In this document: positions 53,201 to 64,000 of the stretch, piece after piece
How the letters are laid out: each line of letters begins with the position of its first letter
How positions within the stretch are numbered: the first letter of the stretch is position 1
Assembly (NCBI GenBank): GCA_003971905.1
Contig: RSEE01000030.1
Span: 496,001 to 560,000 of the forward strand
Direction of reading: 5' to 3'
DNA length: 64,000 nucleotides
Origin: Moniliella sp. 'wahieum'
Lineage: Eukaryota
The notes under the pieces: generated by a model
The model's input: the letters and a program-made list of their open reading frames with translations, nothing else
Told to the model about the DNA's origin: nothing
Databases searched by the model: none
Position numbers and translations under genes: made by a program

Positions 53201-53420
53201 GTTTCCGACGTCATGATGAGCCTCCAGAGTCTCAGAGTCAGAGCGTCCGTTATCAGTCGTGCCTTGGTCTCTTTACCTCCAATTCAGAAGGTATTGTGCT
53301 TTGAAACGGTGTGGTGTTGGGTAGTGGCTGTGTAGTGTGGCTCGCTCCGTAAAATGATTCTCTCTTTCATTGAACACCATCGATCAACATTTGGAAGGGA
53401 AGCGCGGATCTAAAACGAAA

Positions 53421-53509
53421 GGGTTCGTGGTGTAGTGGTATCATGCCTCTTTAGGGTTCTTTGTTCCCGCTGATAGAGGTGGTCCTCGGTTCGATCCCGG
53501 GCGGACCCC
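53421..53509 (+). tRNA. tRNA-Pro(AGG) with 17-nt intron (53457-53473)
   Basis: Acceptor GGGTTCG/CGGACCC, TGGTGTAGTGGT A-box, anticodon stem CCTCT/AGAGG with TT-AGG-G, T-arm CTCGG-TTCGATC-CCGGG, followed by a T-run terminator. Confidence 0.9.
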
Positions 53510-53967
53510 TTTTGACCTCGTAAACCGAGGTCTCATTTTGGTTTGTGCTGCAAGCAAGCCCCAACCCCTGACAACAACGACATGCTTTGTTTGCGTATCT
53601 AGCGAGCGAAACACCACCACGTTTTCTCCCGCAGGTTGCAAACCTACTTCGCTAATCGCTAGCACACAGTTTCATCGTAATGTTATAGTGAAAGTCGGAA
53701 ATGTGGGATGTGCCGGTAGTGTAGTACGCCAGGCGAAGGGGGATGAGGCCGGATGAGGGGAAGGGGTGAGGTGGCTGTCAAGCCAAGCAGCAGAGGCACA
53801 AAGTAGATGAGAAAAGAGAGGTACACCTCCTGCTTTATGTCCACCAGAGGGGAAACATGAGAAACATGACAGGACAATGAAAGAGACGCTGAGCGCTTGT
53901 GCCGAAAGCATGGAAACGTGTCCAGCGCAGATTCTCCTGCCGAACCACGTCAGGGTGACATCGATCC

Positions 53968-54677
53968 TCACATGGCCAACTCGGCCTGCAACGCTCGGAG
54001 CTCGGCATCCTCGTCTTCCTCCTGGGCTTTCTGTTTGCCGGGCGTACTGGGGACGAGAGTCGTGACGGAGGGGAGCGCAGATTGTGGCACCCGTTCTGCC
54101 CCCACCAAACGCTCGTCCAGGCCTTCCTGCTCCAGTTCGTCCAGCTCGTCCTTAAGCTCGTCCTGTGGTTCCAGTCAATATCAAGTGCACCTAAAACACA
54201 GGGAATACGCACCTCGTCAATGTCTTGGCCCATGCCGACCGGATTGGAGATCGCATCCGAGATTTCGTTGGTCAGGTCCATCTGTTCTCGGATCGAGTCC
54301 ATGGTGGCATCGACCTTATCAATGTTGAGCGATCCATGGATCTGCTTGAGCGCCTCGGACCCGCGTTTCATAGCTTGCATCGTCTCCAGGTTCATGTTGG
54401 CCGACTCGATGGCGTTGACCTGTGCCTCAAGCGTCATGCGCGTCCCAGCAATCCGGTCCAGCTCCGACTCGTATTGCTTCTTCTGCCGAAGCGCCTGTGT
54501 TGCCGCCCTCTTGTTCGTCGACACAAGACTACGAGCCTTGGCTTGCTGCTCTTCAATCTTCGTGTGCAGGTGTTGCTCCTTCTTGTCGAGCATCAAGAGG
54601 TTCTCCCGCAGCCCTACAATCGCATCCCGCGGCGCGGTCCGACTCCGACCGCCAAACCAAGATCCCCATGACGACAT
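53968..54677 (-). CDS. SNF7: ESCRT-III subunit Snf7/Vps32; intron 54163-54212
   Basis: AIVGLRENLLMLDKKEQHL, ALRQKKQYE, LEAQVNAIESANMNLET, DKVDATMDSIREQ, EISDAIS; after splicing DEDELKDELDELEQE...ELRALQAELAM*. Confidence 0.93.
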
Positions 54678-54900
54678 GACGATGGAACAAAACGCGCAAG
54701 TGACAGTGGTGGCGAACTCGAATGAAGAGCGTGCGAGAGAAAATTCGAAGATCAAGCCACAGAAGCAGACAAGGTCGCGGGCGAGTGGCGAATGACGGTT
54801 GAAGGGGGACAGATTAGAGGTAGCACCACGACACCAAGCAAGGTAGGGGGATAGTAACCCTACCCGGTGCGGCCAACTGACGTCAGCACTCTCGCAGTCA

Positions 54901-55045
54901 ACTAGTTACTAGTTACTAGTTAAGCCAGCCCTCGTCACATGATGTGACGTCACGCGTCACGCGTCACCGGTCACCCGTCCCGCACTCACAGAGCGCACTG
55001 CTTATGCTACAAGTATGCCACTTCACGCCTTCCTCAGGCCTCAGG
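54901..55045. repeat. 7-bp-period palindromic arrays between SWP1 and SNF7
   Basis: ACTAGT-T-ACTAGT-T-ACTAGT (54901-54920), ACGCGT-C-ACGCGT-C-ACCGGT (54952-54971), cctcaggcctcagg (~55032). Confidence 0.85.
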
Positions 55046-55213
55046 TATGTCTACGCACCATGCTGGTGTGTATCGTTTGATCTGCAGGGTGGCATTTTGG
55101 GGAAGAGGTTTGAACACACACGCACATAAAGGGTAGGTAGGGGTGGTACTTGGGGAGCAACCGGCATGCCATGGAGCAGCTCGGGGGGCAAGGGCCAACA
55201 TATCAACCGTCGG

Positions 55214-56312
55214 TTACGAGGAGGTGGCTTTGGGCTCGACAGGTGCGCTTGTTATCGTTGGGTCGGATGCAAGCTCGGGCAGAGACTCGGTCGGAACGCC
55301 CAACCGCTCAGCAGCCAATTGGCCAAGGGCGTATCGACCGGTAACGAGGGCTGCTACGCCACCTCCGGCGAGCCAGGGCAGCATCTTGAAGAGAGTAAAC
55401 GATGGGCCTCCGACCCAGTAGCGCAACGCAACCAGTTCCAGGTACCCAATCACCCCCGGAAAATAGCCTTCGGCCTCTGCCCGGCCTTGGTCACTTGCAG
55501 GCCAAGGGAGAACCACTAGGATAGAAAATGAAGATCAAAGGTTAGCACTTGTCAAGGAAAAGATAAGGGTGGCGTACCAAACCAAGAAGCAGGGCCCACG
55601 GCAGGCCCAACGTCAAGACAGCAAAGGCAATACTAATGATTGCCGGCGGCATTGTTTCGCTCGCCGGAATGGCAAACGTATGGTGCTGGGTTGGCCAGCC
55701 GTAAAATCCATCCTCGTGCGCCCGCTTTTCGTACGGTGTAAGCGCAGCGCCTTCTTGGGGAAGAATGTGGCTGGGAACAGAAATTTGGCCGAGACTGTAC
55801 GCAAGGGGCGCCGCCTCACCCGCAGATGCCAAGAGAAGGTGGAGAGAGATGTGCCCGCTTCCACTCAAGAGAGAGGGGGCATGCGGTCCAGCCGCTAGAA
55901 CACGATTGTCAGTTGCATCGGTTGAGAAAAGTTGGTGAATACGTACGACAGTAAAGCTCGCCCTGTTCCCACTTCCTTTCTTGACGGGCACGGGGGTAGA
56001 CACTTGCCGCTCTGGGTGGGCGGGGTCGGCGAGGACAGCAAAGAGTTGTTCGGGTGCCTTTTGGGGTTCGTCCTCGGGAATGGACGGGTTAAAGGTGAGG
56101 AAAGAAATGCGCAGCACTTCGTCCGCTTCGAGTCCAAGCGGCTGCGGCACCGAGCTCGTTACATCCACACCGGATTTGAAAGGTTGGGTCAGGCGCGTGG
56201 CACCGTCAATGGTCGTGACTGCCAGCTTGCCGTCGCGTACCTCCCACGCTGATGCAAACACACTCCCCGCGACGGCGAGGAGGCCCAAGGCAGAGCTGAT
56301 GCGGAAAAGCAT
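55214..56312 (-). CDS. SWP1: Oligosaccharyltransferase subunit Swp1 (ribophorin II-like); two introns (~55896-55945, ~55517-55577)
   Basis: Signal peptide, PEQLFAVL, PTQHHTF..PPAIISIAF followed by three TM segments (LGLW.., YWV..TLFKML, GRYAL). Confidence 0.75.
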
Positions 56313-57010
56313 CCCAAGGAGCAATGGTGGAAGGCAGCAGCTGGTCCAGCTGATTCCTTGCGCAGACTGACTTCGCAACCAGCATCGCATGCTCCACGTC
56401 GAAATTGCGCCTGACGTAATTCGAGTTAGCCCCTCCAGGGAATACTTTTGACCTTTGAAATTTGACCATTGATATATTGAGCCCAAACGGTCTTTGGCAT
56501 GGCAAACAACACTCCATCACTATGGTGCATGGCTACTCTAACGCGTAACGGGCATCCCCTGTCGGGCCGCTGTTCGTCTGCCTCTGATTAGGCGCAAGGA
56601 AATCGCTTCTGCGCGCGCCTTTGATGCGAAGCGTGAAAGGTTCAGGTGCCACAGCACCATGATGGAGCTAGTATATAACTGGGAGTGCTCATGGACGTTG
56701 AGCGCTCGTTGAGCATGCTGTGCCAGTATGAGCAAAAGATGAGGCGGATGAGGCCTCAGCCTGAGGCTACAGTAGCCACTGTTAGGTGGTTAGTGGGGGT
56801 GGCGAGGGCGAAGGTCAAGAGGAAGGGGGTTGCAATCTGTAGCAACTCAACGGGGAAGCGAGACAGGGGGAAGAACTGCCATCCATCGATCGTGATGATG
56901 CTTAGTGTGCCCCCGAGGCTCTCCAGTTGGCGTACGAGCGGACGGTTGGCCATTGGGGGCTGTGTGTGGCAGAGACAGATATTCCTTCTCCTTCCCTTCC
57001 ACGCCCAGAC

Positions 57011-57080
57011 AGGGCAGACTAGGGCAGAGCAGGACAGAGCAGGACAGAGCAGGACAGAGCAGGACAGAGTAGGGCAGACT
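57011..57080. repeat. 10-bp minisatellite (AGGACAGAGC)n, about 7 degenerate copies
   Basis: agggcagact agggcagagc aggacagagc x3 aggacagagt agggcagact. Confidence 0.85.
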
Positions 57081-57472
57081 CGTGGCAGACGTGGCAGAAC
57101 CGTCCTGTTGATCCAAAACCGCGACGCGGGAATCCGGCGGCCGCTTATTACACTCGCCTTGCACGGGTGCAGTGTGTGATCGCCAACACGGCCCAGCCAG
57201 CGCGTCCAACACTGGTCCTCTGCTCTGCGCAGCGCAGCGAGTCGGGCTGAGCAGCCACAGGAGCAGTGCCCGCAGTGCCCGTTCACCGCTCAGCCGCTCA
57301 TCGATTATCTCGCTCGCTGCGGCCACAGTGGAGGCTGAGATGAGCGATCGGAGCATCGCTGAGGCCGCGACGCTCGATGAGGCCCCCAACAGCAGCCTAT
57401 AGTCCCCAGCACCTTCCAGCTCCCTCCTACCACCCCACCGCCACGGCCATCACCACCACCACCACTACCACC

Positions 57473-59139
57473 ATGTCTGCGTACCCACCATACGGAGACC
57501 GCCCCCTCAGCCCTGTCGATGCGGCTGCTCTCTACGATCCCCCCCAGGACATGACCGGGCTCGGCTCGCATGGCGGTGCGGGGCTGCAGCATGTGGGGCA
57601 CACGTCAGGCGACTCGTGGGGCGCAGGGTACCATGATGCCCGGCCTAGCCAGTCAAACATGATGTTTGCCGAGACTGAGGAGGATGAGCGTCGGCAACTC
57701 GAGATGGACAAGGGCGGGTTTGGGTTTGACGTGAATAAGGTCCCCAAGGACCTCTACACCCCGGCCGCTGGCAACCCTCAAGCCCCCCTACCCTTCTCTC
57801 CAACGTGACCGGGTCCACCTCTCGCCCACCCGCCGGAGAGGGAGACTCACGGGACGGATATGGTCCAGCCAACAAATTTGCTGACCCCACCGGGTACAGC
57901 TACCCCGAGCCCCTGAGCAAGGGACAACGACTGCTCCAAGCTCTTGGCCTACGCCCGATCCATCCCCAAGTCGCCTCGCAAATGCGCCAAAAAGGCGTGT
58001 ATCGAAGACAACGGTATGCTGTATTTGCCTACATATTGGCCGTTATCTACATTGCCATCCTCATTGCAGAGTTGGTGCAATCATCACAAAAAACCGGCTC
58101 CGCGATCCAGACTAAACCTTCGATCAACCCTATGATTGGACCGGGCGCGATCTTTTTGATCAACTTTGGTGCACGTTCCGGTGGCTGTATGCGTCCCATG
58201 CCCGGCATCGATCCGGCCACATTTCAAGTCCCTTGCTTGAACGTGTCCAATGCCATCGCTACCACCCAGGCTTCTCACCAGTGTTCTCTCGCCGACATTT
58301 GTGAGCTGAGCAACCCGACGGTCCCCAACCAAACCTGGCGCCTCTTCTCCCCTATTGTGTGTTACCCATACTCCCTCTCTGAGTTTGCTACTGACTTTAG
58401 CCCTTTCAAGTTTATGCACACGGGCGTGATTCACTTGCTGGTCAACGTAATTGTGCAAGTTACCCTATGCGCTGAAACCGAGCGTCTCTTGGGCAGCTTG
58501 ATCTTCCTTCCCTTGTACCTTCTTGGTGGTGTTGCGGGCAACCTACTCGGAGCCGATTTTGGCTTGGTCCTTCAAACGAGTGTGGGGGCTTCAGGGGCCA
58601 TCTTTTCCTCGATCGGGGTGGAGATGGTGGATATCGCATACAACTGGCAGTACGAATGGCGCGCGGGCACTCGTCTCTTTGGCACCCTCGTCATTGCCAT
58701 CATCTCGATTGGATTGGGGCTGTTGCCTTACATGGACAATTTTGCTCACATTGGAGGGTTTGCGACCGGCATTTTTGCCGGTATGGTCGTTTGCTCTTCC
58801 ATTCACCCTTCTCGTTCCCACCGTGCCGCCATCTGGATCTGTCGTCTGATCGGGCTTGGCTTGCTCACTGCCTTTCTGGTTGCAATCGGACTCGTGTCTA
58901 AGAATGCCAAGGACCCTGCGGCAGCATGCCACTGGTGCCGCTACCTATCGTGCCTTCCGGTGTTCAGCCAGTGCAAGGGCAACGGCCTTACCTACACCAC
59001 CAGCACTGGTTCCGGCACCGGCGGGTCCACCTCAGCCTTGCCGTCGGCCTCGGCCTCTTCCCTTGGTGGAGGCGGGGGGGGCAGCGAATCTTACAACTTT
59101 GGTCCTCGTGGCTACCCGACTCCCTACCCCTTGTACTAA
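57473..59139 (+). CDS. Rhomboid-family intramembrane serine protease; frameshift near 57800; probable in-frame intron 58357-58410
   Basis: NPMIGP, FGAR, NQTWRLFSPI-FMHTGVIHLLVN, GGVAGNLLG, SVGASGAIF (catalytic Ser), LLPYMDNFAHIGGF (catalytic His), CHWCRYLSCLP. Confidence 0.88.
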
Positions 59140-59390
59140 GCCACGCTATCAGCCACGCCATACGCCAAGATATCTGCTCCTCTTTCCCTGACGGACCTTG
59201 TGTTGGACTTTGTTTTTTCCTACCTTTCTTCTCCGCGCCGTTGCTCGCATTCAGTCTGAATGGAGCTATACCCTCGGCTAGAGCCTCTCGCACTTGTCAT
59301 GCACACCTGAATGTATCAACCCCCCAATTCGAGTGACCATCCGGAGTTTGCATGGTACTTGCATATCAGTAGAATAGAGTGAGTGAGTGT

Positions 59391-60146
59391 TTATGCGTGA
59401 CCAAACTTGGCTACTGCCGCCTTGCTCTCCTGCAACATGTCCTCGACCAATTTGTCGACAACCGGGTCCATGGGGACGGTCTTGAGCTGGTCGTAGGAGT
59501 ACGAGACGAAGACTTGCTCTGCCCGTAGCACGACGGCCTTTTGCTGGACACTGTAGACGACCCCCTCAAGGGTAGCCTTGGTACGCTTGGCATTGATGTC
59601 GTGAATGGTGCTACCGATGATGCACGTGTCACGGGGTAGACGACAGGCCGAATGTAGCGCAAATTGGCGCCGGCTAGAATAAAACTGGTACCCTTGCCGC
59701 GCAACATGTTGGCAGCTTGTTCGGCCGGCAACCGACGCGCCATCGATACCAGCCAGTTCATCCGGGCCGACTCGAGCCAGCGGAGGTAATGGACATTGTT
59801 GACGTGTTGGAACTGGTCATGGTCGCCCCAGCACACGCGCTGCGTCCACAACGAAGGAACATCCATTCCCATCTCGGCCATACGCAGCTTGGCCTCCATC
59901 ACCCCGCCCGTTCCTCCGCTCGTTTTCGGCCAGAGCACGGACGACAGCTGCATCTTTCCCCCCGTCAAAGCTCTCTACCTCGCTCTCCAGCGCGGCCTGG
60001 ACCACGGGCGAAGGCTTGGGTGAGGAGGCAGAATGAAGGGCGCGGGCGGTTGCTGGACGCAAGAACCGACTGGTGTTGGTGGACCGGGACAGGACGGAAC
60101 GCAGGCCGCTGTGCAGCATGGGCGGCGTGACACGGAGCACCGACAT
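59391..60146 (-). CDS. Hotdog-fold (4HBT-like) thioesterase with mitochondrial-type presequence; frameshifts
   Basis: Arg/Ser-rich N-terminus; VCWGDHDQFQHVNNVHYLRWLESARMNW; ILAGANLRYIRPVVYP; VYSVQQK; YDQLK. Confidence 0.8.
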
Positions 60147-60557
60147 GGTCGATGGTGGGCGAACGCAAGGGAAGAGTACCGGACAGGAGGCGTGCTGCGT
60201 GCTGGCTGAGTGGGTGGGGAAGCGAGATGGGCGGGTTCCCAACGTGATGTCCTCAATCTGTCGGGCCGAGCACCCGAGTCGCCGGGCCGGCTTGCACTGG
60301 GGAGCCGGATCAATCATCAGGATCAGGATCAACGAGGGTCACGTTTTCAACTTTCAACGTCTGAGGCCTGCCTGGGCGCCTGAGAACCCAAGGCCGGATG
60401 TAGGTGGGTTGGATGCGTACGTAATGGGGTACTTGAACGTTTGCTGCTCCTCGGGCTCGGCGGCCGGTTGCGCCGGGCCGCGGCAGGCGTTGGCTGCCTC
60501 GGCTGCTGTGAGTTGGGTGTGGGTCGAGCGCCACCGAGCGTCCCCACCCCCACCCCC

Positions 60558-62043
60558 ATGTCTGCCTCCAGCCGCCCCGATGCGCCTGCAGTGGACCAGG
60601 CCAGCGGCCCCCTGACAGGTGAGGCGCGTGCCAAGGCGCTTGCCCAGGCGGTGCGCTTCCTCGCCTCCCTTCGCACCCGCCCCCGCGGCTGCACTCCCGC
60701 GGCCATCGCTGAGCAGCGCGCCTTCCTCCAATCCAAGGGGCTCGATGGCGCTCTCATTGCGCAAGCCGAGATGGATGCCACCCCACCTGCGTCCATTGCC
60801 TCATCCTCCCCCTCGCCTTCCGACTCTTCTACCGCGCCCCCCGCGACGACCCTGCTGGCTCGAATGGGCTGGATGCTGACGCCTTTGCCCAAGCCCGTGC
60901 CGCCTTTGACGACCCGCTGGCCCCGCTCCCGCTCGTCCCGCAGCGGACATACCCACGCAACGTGCTTGATCTCTACCGCGACCCACGAACAGCCAGCTCT
61001 TCCCGTGCCCTGCATGCATCTCCGCAACTCATCCCTCCCAAAGTATTCTCATGTCCTTCTTTCTCCGTCTCAGTGGCTCCGCCCTTTACGCAGCAGTGGT
61101 GGGTGTACTAGCTGGCTTGCTGTGGAAGGCCGCCGCGTTGCCCCGCATGGTGGCCACCAGGGATGCGCGTGCTGTGGCTGGCCCATGCCAGAGGGCTGGC
61201 GCAACGTCTCACGACGCACTCGAACGCTCTGCGCCGCAGCACGGTAGCATTCGTTGGCCACCCAGTCGGGGCCGATATTGCGCTCGAGTCGGACTGGCCC
61301 CTGGAGCGCAGTGGGATGGATGACGGCCGCCCAACTGGCCGACCTCTCAAGCCAGCGCTGAAACCCAAGCAGAAGAGAGTCAGCTTCACGGAGGATACCA
61401 AGCACCCGGCCGAATCGGAGGACCAAGCCGAGGGGCAAGAGCCACCGTTTTCGGATGCTGAGGAAGAAGCGGAAGCGACTGAGCTGCCTCCGACGGATTT
61501 GACCGCTCCATTGCGGGATGCACTGAAGGACTTGTCGGCTGCGCTGCGACGGGACCGGGCGTTGGAGGAGGCGGTAGAGACTCCCGTTCCCCCTCTACCA
61601 GAGACGGAGGAAAGTGTGGATGTGCTCTTTTCTTCGGACGAGGAGAGCGATTCGGAGCCAGCCGACGAAGAGGAGGAGGAACTGGAATTCGACCCGTACA
61701 AGCCCACAAAGGAGGAGAAGGCAGCCCGGCGGGCCAAGAAACAGGCTCGGGTCCAAGCTACCGCTTCCGTTTCCTCGGGAACTTCTCTCCCGAGTGTGCC
61801 TGAAAACTGGCAGCGCGGCCAAGCCGCCGCGGACTTTGCTTTGGCTCTGAACCGGCTGGGACGGTCATTTGAGACGCAGCGATTCCGTTCGTCTACCTAT
61901 GCCGCTCCAACCCCGGGGAATCGAACGAGAATAGCTCGACCGTCCCTTTGGTCAAGGCGGAAATTCGCAGCTTTAAAGGATTGCTCCTACGCCGCCGGAA
62001 CTTCCCTGCCATCCGGACCGGTGTGTCGACATCGACTTCGTGA
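60558..62043 (+). CDS. Pex14_N-domain peroxin, Pex14/17 (Pex33)-like; frameshifts
   Basis: N-terminal AVRFL...EQRAFLQSKGL; hydrophobic LYAAVVGVLAGLLW; C-terminal VKAEIRSFKGLLLRRRNFP shortly before the stop. Confidence 0.7.
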
Positions 62044-63201
62044 ACTTGATCCATCCCTCCGTCTTCTCATGTGTGGTGTGAGATCACTTAGTGATAGTGT
62101 ATCCCTGATCGCGTCCGAACCTATTTTCATTTTGGTCCAACGCTTCCGTTCTAAGCCCATCCCGTTAGGCGTTGATGCTGATGGTATAGAAGGGATGGGA
62201 TAGATGGGGCTCTGCGCCCGGGACTGCGGATCTTTGTTCTGCTTCAGCCGCTTTGCCAACAGGCGCTTGAGCCCATCCCAGTCGTCAAACGCCAGCAGAA
62301 ATGCGAAACGTCAACGTACCGGCGAACTAGCTGAATGACAGCCTCCTTGCGTCAACGTAACGTTGTTTCTCGATTCTGCCGATCTGGTTATCTCTGGCTC
62401 GCATCCCCATGGACTGAAAATGATTGCAGCTCATACACATGGCCCAACGAAAACAGTGGCCAGCCTCAACAACCTCGTTGGTTCAACCAACATGCGGGCT
62501 GTTGGTTGTGGGTTAAACTTCAACGTCGAATGTTGAATGCGCCTGCCACTTCGAAAATGGCAATATCTCGCACAGGTATCGTCATTTCTCCCTTCCACAT
62601 CGCTCTCCCATCGCAACATACAAAGTCACCCAAGCATCGCATGCAATCTATGCCGATCGGCGTAGCAAGACGGGAACGGCCTCCACGGGACCAAACACAA
62701 GGATAGAGAGGGGTAGTATTAGCTCCAAGCTCGAGGGAAGCTTGTGGTTGATAAGAACAGTAAGCAGGCGATCACCCGCCCTAGAGTGTCCACGCGCTGC
62801 CGCGGCCCGAGATGCGAGAAGGCAATGTGGGCGCAGGGAGGCGGTGTGATGGTGGTGGCGGGGGGGCGGCGGACTGGACGGAGGGCGAGGGCGGAACCAG
62901 CGGCGGGCTGGACAGGACATGTGGGAGTACCGATGTACTGATGCAGCCCCGTGCGCAACCGGTGCCAAGGGCGGCGCCTGGGGGGCAGTGTGTGACTGCC
63001 TCTCCAGTAGGGTTGTTCATGGAGATGGCGTGCTATCAGACACTCTCGCCGTGCCATGCGAACACCGCACACTCCCCCACTGCCCGCCGCCCCGGCCCGC
63101 GCGGAGAAGAGTGGAAACTTGCAAAATTGGAGCCCGGTGCGATGAGCACGGCGCGAGTGTCGTGTGCCTCCCCCATGCGGGGTGTGCGTCGAGCGACGGC
63201 G

Positions 63202-63208
63202 TATAAAA
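63202..63208 (+). promoter_or_regulatory. Putative TATA box upstream of MET6
   Basis: TATAAAA about 60 bp upstream of the MET6 ATG. Confidence 0.5.
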
Positions 63209-63264
63209 GGTGCAAGAAGGAATGCCACCCGTTCTTCCCCCCCAACCTTTTCCCCTCTGGTATC

Positions 63265-64000
63265 ATGGTGTAAGTGTCTTCGGTCCCGCTCCAGGCTGCC
63301 CTGGGCACCATGACTGACTTTGCGTGTCTCCAGCTCCTCCACTGTTCTTGGTTTCCCCCGCATTGGCCCGCAGCGCGAGGTCAAGAAGGCTCTCGAGGCC
63401 TTCTGGGGGCGGCAAGATCCCAGTCGAAGAGCTCCTCAAGGTTGCCAAGGAGCAGCGCCTGCTCACCTACGAAATCATCAAGAACCAGGGCGTGGATCTG
63501 ATCCCCACCGGCACCTTTTCGCTCTATGACCACGTCTTGGACAACTCGCTTGTGTTCAACGTGATCCCTGAGGCGTATGCCAAGTCGGGCCTCAACCCCC
63601 TCGACACGTACTTCGCTTTGGCTCGTGGTCACCAGAAGGGCGGTGTCGACCTGCCACGGAGATGCGCAAGTGGTTTGACAGCAACTACCACTACCCGTCC
63701 CCGAGTTTACTCCCTCGACCGACTTCAAGCTCAACGACCTCAAGCCCTTGAACGACTTCGTCGAGGCCAAGGAAGCTGGCTACAATGCGCGCCCCGTGCT
63801 GCTCGGCCCCATCACCTTCCTCTACCTCGGTAAGGCTGGGAAGGGTGCCCCGGAAGACTTCAAGCCCTTGAGCCTGCTCCCCAAGCTCATTCCTGTGTAT
63901 GCCGAGCTTCTGAAGAAGCTTGGCGCCGCGGGTGCCTCTTGGGTTCAGATTGACGAGCCTGTGCTTGTCACGGACGACGCTGCGGCCCTTGCGGACGCCT
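63265..64000 (+). CDS. MET6: Cobalamin-independent methionine synthase, 5' part (runs off the window); intron 63270-63333
   Basis: After splicing MVSSTVLGFPRIGPQREVKKALEAFW; IPTGTFSLYDHVLD; YFALARG; KWFDSNYHY; RPVLLGPITFL; WVQIDEPVLV. Confidence 0.93.

Overview
Eukaryotic fungal DNA, most likely basidiomycete and possibly Ustilaginomycotina (inferred from short GT..CTRAC..AG introns, intron-containing tRNAs and gene content). About 13 protein genes are recognisable: a highly divergent ALG8-like GT-C membrane protein, a LisH/LUFS (Flo8/Som1-type) Q-rich regulator, an NCS1 purine-cytosine permease, an atypical MAP kinase, a divergent CAP/Srv2-like protein, glutaminase GtaA, a GAF hybrid histidine kinase, EFR3, PP2C Ptc2/3, SNF7, SWP1, a rhomboid protease, a hotdog thioesterase, a Pex14/17-like protein and the 5' part of MET6. 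Two tRNAs are present: Arg-ACG and Pro-AGG. Almost every CDS carries single-base frameshifts, often at homopolymers, which points to uncorrected long-read errors, so CDS boundaries are approximate. The most striking unexplained signal is non-coding. Intergenic DNA repeatedly carries short arrays with a 7-bp period, built from A-x-y-y'-x'-T palindromic hexamers joined by one spacer base. 15 of the 16 possible A...T hexamers occur, often mixed in one register. A second theme is conserved families (ALG8, MAPK, CAP) represented by copies that have lost hallmark motifs.
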